Positions 12,306 to 24,155 of a DNA stretch of 64,000 nt are shown one piece after another; position 1 is the stretch's first letter; every line of letters begins with the position of its first letter. The notes under the pieces were generated by a model, which saw only the letters and a list, made by a program, of their open reading frames with translations, searched no databases and had not been told where the DNA came from. This DNA comes from Macrostomum lignano (Eukaryota), in assembly GCA_002269645.1 (NCBI GenBank), contig NIVC01000020.1, positions 992,001-1,056,000 of the forward strand, in the 5' to 3' direction. Both the position numbers and the translations under genes were made by a program.

Positions 12306-12904
12306 ATTCGAGTCCCAGACTGAATAACAAACAAAAGCAGGATGAAAATAACAAAGAAGCCGAAGACCAAATCGTGTAACGCACAGGATTGCTGAGCACC
12401 CAAAGCCGGTTGTATTTTTCCCTACTAAAGGCGGGCACCACGCGTTGAGCCGCTATTACTCGGCAATCGGGCGAGATTAGTCCAAGGGATTTCAGACATA
12501 CACTAGCAAAGCGGAAAGCAATTTGGGGTCGTGTTGGTAAGAGCTGATCGCAGAATTAATCGATAAAATTAATATATAAAATGAGCACCAGAGTGTGAAG
12601 CGGGGGTTCCGCAGTCTGATTCTGTGATAGTCATTAGCAAGTAGAAACCGAATGAAAGCAGTTCTCATTGATTTATTTAAAACGCAAAAAATACGTGAGC
12701 AAAATAATTTTAATAAAATGTTGCTAATTTCTGCTCAAGAAAAGATCTGCAGTAGCAAAAGGCAATCAGTCGGATAAAAGGCTAAAACTTGTGTTAAAAA
12801 AGCAGTTAGAATTCCAGTTAATTTTCAACAACTATTAGTTCAGGCAGACGGCAGCACCAGTGCGAACTTAGTCAATGATTATGGGTGGAAATCTGTTGCA
12901 TTAT

Positions 12905-14305
12905 TTGTCACCGGCTACTGGCAGTGGCAACATTGGGACAGTCTGCCCCAGCTGTCATATTTGCCACCGGCTACTGGCAGTAGCAACATTGGGACAGTCT
13001 GCCCCAGCTGTCATATTTGCCACCGGCTACTGGCAGTAGCAACATTGGGACAGTCTGCCCCAGCTGTCATACTTGCCACCGGCTACTGGTAGTAGCAACA
13101 TTGGGCCAGGCTGCCCCAGCTGTCATATTTGCCACCGGCTACTGGCAGTAGCAACATTGGGACAGGCTGCCCCAGCTGTCATATTTGCCACCGGCTACTG
13201 GCAGTAGCAACATTGGGACAGTCTGCCCCAGCTGTCATATTTGCCACCGGCTACTGGCAGTAGCAACATTGGGACAGTCTGCCCCAGCTGTCATATTTGC
13301 CACCGGCTACTGGCAGTAGCAACATTGGGACAGTCTGCCCCAGCTGACATACATGTACTTGCCACCGGCTACTGGTAGTAGCAACATTGGGACAGTCTGC
13401 CCCAGCTGTTATATTTGCCACCGGCTACTGGCAGTAGCAACATTGGGACAGTCTGCCCCAGCTGTCATATTTGCCACCGGCTACTGGCAGTAGCAACATT
13501 GGGCCAGGCTGCCCCAGCTGACATATTTGCCACCGGCTACTGGCAGTAGCAACATTGGGACAGTCTGCCCCAGCTGACATATTTGCCACCGGCTACTGGC
13601 AGTAGCAACATTGGGACAGTCTGCCCCAGCTGTCATATTTGCCACCGGCTACTGGCAGTAGCAACATTGGGCCAGGCTGCCCCAGCTGACATATTTGCCA
13701 CCGGCTACTGGCAGTAGCAACATTGGGACAGTCTGCCCCAGCTGACATATTTGCCACCGGCTACTGGCAGTAGAAACATTGGGACAGTCTCCCACAGCTG
13801 TCATATTTGCCACCGGCTACTGACAGTAGCAACACTGGAACAGCCTGCCCCAGCTGACATATTTGCCACCGGCTACTGGCAGTAGCAACATTGGGACAGT
13901 CTGCCCCAGCTGACATATTTGCCACCGGCTACTGGCAGTAGAAACATTGGGACAGTCTCCCACAGCTATCATATTTGCCACCGGCTACTGACAGTAGCAA
14001 CACTGGAACAGCCTGCCCCAGCTGACATATTTGCTACCGGCTACTGGCAGTAGCAACATTGGGACAGTCTCCCACAGCTGTCATATTTGCCACCGGCTAC
14101 TGGCAGTAGAAACATTGGGACAGTCTCCCACAGCTATCATATTTGCCACCGGCTACTGACAGTAGCAACACTGGAACAGCCTGCCCCAGCTGACATATTT
14201 GCCACCGGCTACTGGCAGTAGCAACATTGGGACAGTCTGCCCCAGCTGACATATTTGCCACCGGCTACTGGCAGTAGAAACATTGGGCAGTCTGCCCCAG
14301 CTGAC
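12905..14305. repeat. Minisatellite, 56-bp unit, about 25 copies
   Basis: Unit TTTGCCACCGGCTACTGGCAGTAGCAACATTGGGACAGTCTGCCCCAGCTGTCATA; internal GCTACT/AGTAGC inverted pair. Confidence 0.97.
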
Positions 14306-15257
14306 AGCCGAGAGAAACCTGGAGGCTCATTAGCATATTGTCAGAATCAGTGAGGTGAATAAGCGCCAATTTGCATAATTAATGAGCACTTTAAACAGCG
14401 GGTGCGGGTTGGTTAGGATCGGAAGCACAATGATTCCGTCAGTATGTACACGGTTTCATATAGATAAATAAGGATATTGAAAAGGGTTCTATGTACTCGA
14501 ATCACGCACAATTTACACTTGATAGATAATGCGTTCTGTGCACAATAAATATAGCTGGGGAGACAACGCTCTCCAGCCGCAGGTGGGTCAGAAGCTCATT
14601 CAGGGGAAGCTGAGATTTTTTGTTATCCACAAGCAGGCAAAGAAAGCAAACAGGATATGGTGCGGCAGCGCTGCGGCTGAGGCCCGGATAACAATGGGGG
14701 AGAAGCGCAGTGCACTGCGACTCCAATGCGTGAATAAAATATCAATTCTGCCGAGCGACCCGGCAGGTACAAAGACTAACAAAATCAATCAGATTTTATC
14801 TCTCAGGTACCAAGACTACCCAAGAATGCACGCGCCTGACTCTTGCAGGGCACTGAGTGTACATGCCTGACCCTGGGTGAGCGTGTGTACGAGTGGTGCC
14901 CGACGAAAACGGTCACGTGAGTTAGAGAATCATTAAAGAGCCGCGAAGGAGTCATCTGCTTTTCTATTGCACCTTTGTTACCTTCAACGACTCTTGGGTG
15001 ACGCTTGTGACGCAACAGTCACCCCTCCGTCCCATTAGACGCGTTTGAGTCGCTAAAAAGTCACAAGAGTCGCTAGAGACTCGTTTTCAACGACTGTTTA
15101 GCGATTCTTGTCCCAATATCGTTTTTAACGGGTGCCCAAATCCTTTCTTATTTTAAGACCGCCCCACCTACTAAATTAATCCTTCAGGTACAAAGACACC
15201 TAACCAGGTCCAACAGCCCAATAATCAAAAAAAGATTTCAGCCTCAATGCCAGAGCG

Positions 15258-18200
15258 TCACCGCATGGCCTTGACCAAGCTCCTGGCGGCGGTGCCCAGC
15301 GCGGCGGCGCACTTGAGCATCTCCCGCATCAGCGCCTGGAACTTGGCCGCCTCCCTGGCCGCGTAGGCCGTCTGGGCCGCCCGGAAGCAGCGCACCAGCT
15401 GCGCGAGGTCGCGGGTCAGGCCTTGGCACTGGCGCTGCACCGCCACGCTGCCGGCCAGCTGGGGCGCCGATTCCACCAGCTGGTGCAGCGATTTCAACTC
15501 GGCACCGGTGGCGCGCAGATGGCCAACCAGCTGGCGCGGGTCGGCGGGCGCCGCGGCAACGTAGGCCTGCACCAGGCTGTTCAGCGAGCGGACCAGCGAC
15601 ACCGCGGCAGCCACAACCGCCTCCTCGTGCGCCGGCAAAGCGGCGGCAGTGGCAGCGGCAGCGGCAACGCCTTTAGGCACCGGTGAGACGGCGGGCGAGT
15701 CAGCGGCCGCAGACGGCGGCATCGGTGGCTTTGGAGGCGCAGCGCTAGGAGCAACAGAAGCAGTAGCAGAAGCAGCCTTAGCTAACGCAGCTGCTGGCGA
15801 AGGCGAAGCCGAGTGACGATCAAACACGTCATCGAGGCTGCCAGCCGAGTCGGGTCGCGAAACTGTGGCGGCGGCGTTGGCGGGAGAGGCGGTAGCGGAT
15901 GAATAATAGTCTGTGCTGGCGTTGTTGTTGCTGACGCTGCTGTTGTTGTTGTTGTGCGTAGCGGTGTTCCGCACCTGGAGCTGCTCGGGCGTCAGGGCGG
16001 CCATGCGAGCCCGGAACTGCTCGGCGGTGGGGCGCAGCCGGGGCTCGTAGGTCCAGCACAGGCACAGCAGATTGTAGGCGGCCAGCGGGCACAGCAGCGG
16101 CTTGGCGAGCTGCATGCGGGCCTCTACTTTACGGATGGCGTCAACGTTGCTCAGGCCGGCCCAGGGCTTCTCTCCGCAGCTGTAGATCTCCCAGCAGCAG
16201 ACGGCCAGCATCCAAACGTCCGAAGCTGGCGTGAACTTCCTGGCGTTGTAGGCCTCGGGCGGCAGCCATTTGATTGGCAGCTTGCCGCCGGACGCCTTGT
16301 AGTACTCCTCATTGGCTGCCAGCTTGCGGCTCAGGCCGAAGTCCGCCAGCTTGATGACCGTCGGCTGCATCAGCAGGACGTTGCGGCAGGCCACGTCTCT
16401 GCGAATGGTCAGGATGCGTGGGCGCGTTGCTGTTAGGATGTAGGATGACGTATGAATGCAGAGAAATGGCGTTTGATTGCAGAGATGGCATCTGATTGCA
16501 GAGAAATGGCATTTGAATGCTGAGAAATGGCATCTGAATGCAGAGAAATGGCGTCTGATTGCAGAGAAATGGCATCTGATTGCAGAGAAATGGCGTTTGA
16601 TTGCAGAGAAATGGCGTCTGATTGCAGAGAAATGGCGTCTGATTGCAGAGAAATGGCGTCTGATTGCAGAGAAATGGCGTCTGATTGCAGAGAAATGGCG
16701 TTTGATTGCAAAGAAATGGCGTCTGATTGCAGAGAAATGGCACTTGAATGCGGAGAAATGGCACTTGAATGCTGAGAAATGGCACTCGAATGCAGAGAAA
16801 TGATGGCACTCGAATGCTGAGAAATGGCATCTGAATGCAGAGAAATGGCATCTGAATGCAGAGAAATGGCAACTAAATGCAGAGAAATGCACCCGAATGC
16901 AGAGAATTGCACCCGAATGCAGAGAAATGCACCAGAATGGGCAGAAATGGCACCCGAATGCAGAGAAATGGCACCCGAATGCAGAGAAATGCACCAGAAT
17001 GGGCAGAAATGGCACCCGAATGCAGAGAAATGGCACCCGAATGCAGAGAAATGGCACCCGAATGCAGAGAAATGGCACCCGAATGCAGAGAAATGGCACC
17101 TGAATGCAGACAATATACCCAGCCGCCTACCTGTGCAGCAGATCCTTGCTGTGCAGATACTGGATGGCGTCGGCCAGCTGCACACAGAAGGAGGTCAGCT
17201 GACGCGGGTCGCAGCGCTCGGGCGCGCGCGTCTGCAGGTGGGCGCGCAGTTCGCCGAGCAGCGCCAGCTCCAGCACCACCCAGTCGTTGCAGATGCCCAG
17301 AACCTCAACGATGTGCGGATGGCGCAGCTCCCGCATGCTCTCCGCTTCGGTCACCAGAGCCCCCGAGATCATGTTGCTGCGGGGCTGCTTGATGGCCACG
17401 AGGCGCTGCCGGCCGTCCGGCAGCTGCAGGAGGCCCTTGTGCACCACGGAGAACTCGCCGGAGCCCAGCTGCTCCAGCAGGTCCAGGTCGCGACGATCGA
17501 TGTACCTGCGGGTCGTTGAAATGATGACGGGAACCAGATGAGTCACGGACCGGATCAGTGGGTCAAGGCGAGTCATTGGCTGCATCAGTGAATCAAGGCG
17601 AGTCATTGGCTGCATCAGTGGATCAAGGCGAGTCACTGACTGCATCAGTGGGTCAAGGTGAGTCACGGACTGCATCAGTGGGTCAAGGTGAGTCACGGAC
17701 TGCATCAGTGGGTCAAGGTGAGTCACGGACTGCATCAGTGGGTCAAGGTGAGTCAACGGACTGCATCAGTGGGTCACAAGAATCAACGTTACTCACCATC
17801 CACCGGCTCCTGTGGCGGCGGCAGCGCCGCTTTCCGGGGGCGGCTGGAGGTCCGAGTAGTCGGAGTCGGGGGCGCACTCGAGCAGGCGCTGGCACCTGCG
17901 ATCAAGGAGTTTGAGTGTGATTCGAAACGTGTCAGAGCTCGAACGATAAGCCATTAAGTCAAATATTTTCAGCACAAACCTGTGCGCTGGGTGCAGGGCA
18001 GTCACGGCAGCCTCCGGGCAGCCGGTGAGGTGAGCGGCATCGAGAAGCAGGTGCAGCAGAGCGTCCGCCCGCCTGGCGTTGTCCAGCTCAACAGTCAGGG
18101 AGGCCAGCGGAGGCTGGAAGGCGATGGTGAGGGAGACGCCGCTATCCTCGGGACTCTTGCACAGCTCCAGTCCTTGAAGGCTCTGCACTCGGCCGACGCT

Positions 18201-20399
18201 GATTGGCGCGGAGTCGCGGAGCTCCAGCCGGATGTCGCCGTCGCGGGTGACGGCCAGGCGGGCGTCGGCGCGAGCGCCAAGCAGCACCCGGCAGGGCACG
18301 GAGGGCAAGAAGGCGGCGGGCAGCTCGGAGAGCATCAGGCAGAACCACTCGGCCAGCAGTGTCGAGCGGGACCTGCGGCGGTGGGGGGGGGGCGACAGGA
18401 ATGAGAAACAATACGACCTGGAATTCGGGATGAAGTCCTTGCAGCCATACGAGGGATCAGGGAGAATGAGGCTGCATGCCCGGAGCGATGTGACCAAAGT
18501 GAAGCATGTAGGACATGCATAGCAGCGGCACTTCCAGAACAGACGGACAGACAGACAGATGGAGATAGAACAGCTACAGGACAGACAGATGGAGATGGAA
18601 CAGACACAGGACAGACAGATGGAGATAGAACAGACACAGGACAGACAGACAGACGGAGATAGAACAGACACAGGACAGACAGACAGACGGAGATAGAACA
18701 GACACAGGACAGACAGACAGACGGAGATAGAACAGACACAGGACAGACAGATGGAGATGGAACAAACACAGGACAGACAGACAGATGGAGATGGAACAGA
18801 CACAGGACAGACAGACAGACGGAGATAGAACAGACACAGGACAGACAGATAGTGATAGAACAGACACAGGACAGACAGATAGTGATAGAACGGACACAGG
18901 ACAGACAGATAGTGATAGAACAGACACAGGACAGACAGACACAGAACAGACAGACAGATGGAGATAGAACAGACACAGGACAGACAGATAGTGATAGAAC
19001 AGACACAGGACAGACAGATAGTGATAGAACAGACACAGGACAGACAGACACAGAACAGACAGACAGATGGAGATAGAACAGACACAGGACAGACAGACAG
19101 ATGGAGATGGAACAGACACAGGACAGACAGACAGACGGAGATAGAACAGACACAGGACAGACAAACAGATGGAGATAGAACAGACACAGGACAGACAGAC
19201 AGACGGAGATAGAACAGACACAGGACAGACAGACAGACAGACGGAGATGGAACAGACACAGGACAGACAGACAGACGGAGATAGAACAGACACAGGACAG
19301 ACAGACAGACGGAGATAGAACAGACACAGGACAGACAGACAGACGGAGATAGAACAGACACAGGACAGACAGACAGACGGAGATAGAACAGACACAAGAC
19401 AGACAGACGGAGATGGAACAGACACAGGACAGACAGACAGACGGAGATAGAACAGACACAGGACAGACAGACAGACGGAGAACAGACAGGTATTTGTTCG
19501 GTTTATTCAAACTGAAGCCCAAAAAGCTTTGCGTGCCCAGCACAGTCTTGCCGAAGTCCAAGCCATCCAATTAAAGCATAAAAATTCGCCATCAGCCACC
19601 ATCCGCTTATCAACAGCAGCTATTAATAGCAGCCCAAACTGCAGTTAATGGAAACTATACTGAAAAGTATAAAATTCACAGGAAGTCACAAGACCGGGTT
19701 GCAATTACCGACGCGCATTTTGGACTAAAATATTTGGCATTTCAAGCCAATTGGCAGCGCCAAACCAAGATTTACATGCAAATAATGACACTGGCATGAA
19801 CCTCACCTGCGCCACAGGTCGCACAGGCTGTCAGCCGTGTACCGGCGCAGAATCTTCGGCTTGACGTCGGTCAGCACAACCTGGGGAAACATGTGGTGCC
19901 CGTGGGTGGCGCCCTTATAAATAGCTTTGCTCTCCGCTGTGGCCGCGCGCTTAATGGCGCTCTCGCTGGCGCCAGGCGGGCGCTCCTGGTTCAGGGCGAT
20001 GTTGATGACGCCAAGGCGAAGGCCGCCATGGGTGGTGGAGACGCTGAGCAGGTGCTCCTCCTTGGCCTGCTTATAAATAAACTCGAGCAGTTTGAGCTCC
20101 AGAGCTGCCAGGTCCCGCTGGTTGCAGGCGGGCAGCCAGCGCAGTTTCAGGTAGAAGGCGGCGATGCGGCCGCCGTAGACAACGCAGGCCTCCGAGTAGG
20201 TGAGGTTCGGACACACGATGGCGCCATTGCGCCGCTCTGTGCTGATCCAGTAGTGTCGCACAATGTCCGGCGTCTCCGGGAACCGCTTGGATAAAATTTT
20301 CTCAACCAGCTCGCGGCAAGTCAGGTCTTGGTGGCAGTGCACCGTGCTGTAGTCCGAGGCTGTGAAGTACACGCGAACCCAGTCCGTGCCTGAGCTCAT
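15258..20399 (-). CDS. PTK2: Focal adhesion kinase family tyrosine kinase (divergent FERM, kinase, FAT-like helices); exons 20399-19807, 18372-17980, 17895-17797, 17505-17131, 16398-15258
   Basis: Kinase motifs GSGEFSVV, VAIK, HRDVACRN (across a splice), KLADFGLSR, EEYYKASGGKLPIKW, SDVW. DSDYSDL resembles the Y397 site. C-terminal amphipathic helices are FAT-like. All four introns are GT-AG, phase 2, frame-compatible. The true 5' end may lie further upstream. Confidence 0.9.
16455..17108. repeat. Intronic minisatellite, 21-bp unit (FAK intron 4)
   Basis: Unit GCAGAGAAATGGCGTCTGATT, drifting to GCAGAGAAATGGCACCCGAAT. Confidence 0.95.
17540..17775. repeat. Intronic minisatellite, 30-bp unit (FAK intron 3)
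   Basis: TGCATCAGTG recurs every 30 bp from 17581 to 17731. Confidence 0.95.
18540..19490. repeat. Intronic (GACA)n-derived compound repeat, unit about 26-34 bp (FAK intron 1)
   Basis: GACAGACAGACGGAGATAGAACAGACACAG and variants. Confidence 0.95.
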
Positions 20400-21379
20400 G
20401 CTGCTGCTGCTGCTGCTGGGGACCCCGGGGACTCCACTGACACGGCATGCAGTTGATTGGGTGCAAGTAGACAGGGCGGCTGACTGAAGGCCATTGTATG
20501 CCTACTATTAATCAAGAGCCAATTTTGCTGTTATTTCCCTGTCAGCAAGTGTCATTTAATCTACACAGCAACTTTGCATTTAAACATCCCAACTGAAGCA
20601 AACTAGAATACCAGTGTCTTACAACCTAACTTTGCATTTTTTATTTGAATGAACCCCATTAAAAATATATTGGGCTCATATATTTCTATTTAAAGCATTC
20701 TGTTTGTTTTAAGATGCAAACTTAACTATATACTACTTAGAATTTTTGCTATTTGTTAAACTGACACATTTCTTTTATTTTGAAAAAAAAATCCATTTGA
20801 TTTAATTGCATTTGCTATAGGCTATCCTATACACAAGGCTGTAAATGTGTGCTAAGACTTAGATAAAGATTAAATCTATCAATGATGCTATATATAGTTT
20901 TATTCGAAATTATAAAAAAATATTAAATGTGACAAATCTATTTTAGTTTTGATTTCTTAAGTCATATGCTCATATTTTATTTATGCTTATATTTGATTTT
21001 TTAAGAAATCAAGAAAAAAATTATTAACTGACATTTTTTACTTTAAAAAAAATTACTGCATTAGGTCAACTTAACAAAATAAATGATATATTAGTTATTT
21101 AAAGTAAAGAGGTATTACAAAGCACTCATTTTTAAATTAGGGCACACTTTCTATTTTTTGTGTCTAATTCTAATATTTTAGGCTAGTAGGCTAGACTTTT
21201 AGGCTAATATTGTAAATACTAGGCACTAAAAAGCACAAGCACCAAAAAGTGTAGATACCTTTTGATCTACTGATATAGGTTAGAAAACAATTAACCTATT
21301 TTTTATATAGCAAATTAACTTCTAACTATATTCAGGTAGCAATTTATATATAGTATATTTGAACTCTATGTATTAAACT

Positions 21380-21905
21380 TATGGCAATCCTATAGTTTTG
21401 TATGTTTAAAGTTACTTTAAGCTTAGTAGATAATAGAATAAATAATAGGAAACCAATTTACCATATTATTGAGTGCCTAATTTTGTTTAAGTGTATATCT
21501 ACTAGCAGCTACCTAATCATACCATTGTCAATCATTGACTATACTTTGTGAACCTGGTGGAACCAACTATCTATACTAACACTATTAAGGGCACATGGGC
21601 TCATGTGAAGACTAAATTTTGGCAGATACACTGTACATCCAATGGAATATTTGATTCCCATCTAGAGGAATACCTTTGGTGGTGCCTGTTTTCAAACAAG
21701 ACCTTTGGGAACTTCCTAAATTGGATATTGCATTATTATTCACTTACATATATTAACATTATACACATTTAAACAAAAGTAGGCACTTGATAAAATGATA
21801 AATTTGTTTTCTATTATCTATTCCATTACTTACTAAGCTTAAAGTTACCTAAAAGTTACTATTTTTAACAAAAATAATTTAATGTGCAAAACTACAAGAT
21901 TTCCA
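21380..21905 (+). mobile_element. Decayed Merlin (IS1595/ISXO2-like) DNA transposon derivative: transposase C-terminal fragment between inverted repeats
   Basis: Translation HTIVNH*LYFVNLVEPTIYTNTIKGTWAHVK...FDSHLEEYLW resembles the Merlin VNHS..FV.P....HTN.IE..W...K...YL.E..W block. Arms at about 21405-21478 and 21780-21855 are imperfect inverted repeats. True termini not resolved. Confidence 0.7.
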
Positions 21906-22114
21906 ACACTTATTTATATACTTCAGTTATTAAGACTAATATACTATAGTATTTTGATATACCAATATTGATGTTGTAGTGACTGGCTGCTACTGGTTAT
22001 TCAGCAGCATTCACTAGCTTTCCTTATGAGTGCTGTGATCCGCTGCACAGTATCTCAGTCCACCTGAGCTAGTGAGAGAGTTACCCTGTGCTGGGCCTAA
22101 GTGTTTACTGCCCA

Positions 22115-22329
22115 ATGACTCATCGCCTGAGCGGGTGCGGGCAGCCACACTCAATGTCTTCCCACTCGCGCTGAGGAGGCGTAGCAGGATGACTCATCAC
22201 CTGCGCGGAGTGTAAGGGCTGCCTAGAGGGAGTAAACAGGATGACTCATCCGCCCACGTTTCTATTTTTAGCACAGACTAAGCACGTGACTGTGCACGCA
22301 CTCTGTGCGTGGCCGCTGACCTTGAGTCA
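22115..22329. promoter_or_regulatory. Cluster of four AP-1-type sites in a CpG-retaining patch upstream of the FAK gene
   Basis: ATGACTCAT at 22115, 22189 and 22241; TGAGTCA at 22323; CACGTG E-boxes at about 22284 and 22445. Confidence 0.45.
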
Positions 22330-24155
22330 CGCCACTGCTGCGTGACAGGGTTGCCTTATTTGGAAGTTGGCCTTGGATCACGCGTTGTTCGCATGATTCC
22401 AATGCCCAAATAAGGAAGTTTCACGCGCTCACCGCATGAAGCTCACGTGACTTTTGGGGGTCAGCTCGGCTATAACTACGGAGCATCTGCGAGCCATTTT
22501 TCTCCAGACTGTGTCGTCTTGCGGAGCATTGTGGCTAACTCGTGAAGCCTCTGCCTCCGAGATCTCCTCTCTCATTTCAGGTTTTACAGGTTTTCAGGTT
22601 CGATCAGCATTTACTAAGACGATCGACTGTCGAGACATTTTCAGATTTGCCTTTGCTCCGAGTGTCTTCGTTAATTTTATTTCAGGTGACGGATAGACAA
22701 CTCTGCCGACACGTCGAGTCCGCACACCAAGGTGGCAGCAACCCTACCAAGTCAAGGCTAACGTTTTAGGTTCATCTTCAGGCAAATCGATAGGTAGTAC
22801 TGCGGTGCTATCTAGCTTCTTCAGGAGCAGCGGGTTCCATTTGCAGGAACATCTTCGAGAACCCGAGAAGGAGAAGTACTTCACTGGTGGCAGCGGTGGG
22901 ATACAAAGACCTGCCAGGCCACCTCGTGACAACCCAGAGACAACCAATACTTCAATGTCAATATTTATCAGTCACTAAAGCCAAATAGATATTTAAAATT
23001 CAAATAGACATTTATATAAAATAATCTATATATAACCTGATTTGGCACTAGTGCAGTTTTATTCACAAAATTATTTTTTTTTAATTTAGCTAAACTAAGA
23101 ATTTAATTTTTTTCTTACTCCTGGGAGTGCATGGAACTGTTGTAACATGTAAAACATTTGTTCGTTTGTTTAGAACCATAAACAGAACTGTAAATCAGAA
23201 ATAGAGTTCATAGTTTAGTGTATATTTATATAATAATAGTGTAAATAGTATAAATGGCATATATTTGTACACAAACTACAAACAGTAAAGTAAAGTAACA
23301 GATCAATTGTTACTAATAATAATGACAAATCCAATACCGGATGTTGGCAAATGCTGATTCTGGATCTCCATGCGCATGCTACCAAATATGCTTATAAGAA
23401 TAATTCTTGCTTTAAAAAAATAGATTTGGTAAAAAATGCTTTTTGTTATTTCCCTCTCCCCACTCAAGCAATTATTAGACACCACCCTTTTGGGCCATGG
23501 ATAACTCATAGGGTAGACTTCTTTGCATACATGTGCAACCTTGAGAATTACTTGGCCATTTCTTTTGGCAATACATACATGTAAGTCGCTATTGGCAAAG
23601 AGTAGTCACATGACTACTATTTTGTCCAATAGCAACTTATATATATGTAAGTTGTAAGTAGAAATAGCCAGGTGAATCCCTAGGTTGCACCCAAGCATGC
23701 TTCTTTGCCATGTCAGCATTATCACTCAAATCATCAATTCAAATCTGTAGCACTAGTGCAAATTCAAATAAAAGATAATTTTGTGAAATATTGTAACCAA
23801 TGTGACCATGACATTGAAATGCTGTCAGCATTATCAATCATCAAAATAGGCAAAAATATAAAGAAAAAAAATTGCAAATGAAATTGCACTAATACCCCTG
23901 ATTTAATTATTACATTAGATCTTTTATTAATATATATAATCTTATTGAGTTTTAAATAGTTAATAACTATTCACTATTTAATTAAGATAAAAAACTTGTA
24001 ACTAGGCCTTAGCCTTGGGTGTATAAGCCCTCTCTATTAGTATAATTAATATATTGGCTTTATACAAATATATAATATAGTATTAATATAAAATAATAAT
24101 AACTCTTAAGTAATATATTATTAAAATTATTATGAATTGATATTTATAAATTATT

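Noticed and set aside
11116-12441. Cys/His-rich ORFs (VHSVHCTCSLCPLHL)n resembling metal-binding repeats
   Set aside because: Minus-strand translation of the 22-bp repeat, with no codon bias or unique domain.
12905-14305. CRISPR-like appearance of a regular array with an internal hairpin
   Set aside because: Units are contiguous with no unique spacers, there are no cas genes, and the context is eukaryotic. The same applies to 58465-59150.
14690-14870. Possible small two-exon + strand gene with a 40-nt intron
   Set aside because: The spliced product is only about 40 aa, with no homology or codon bias.
16399-19570. Repeat-derived N-terminal parts of ORFs 15258-17099, 17127-17756, 17793-19397 and related ORFs
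   Set aside because: They are intronic minisatellites read through; splice sites restore HRD and join the exons cleanly.
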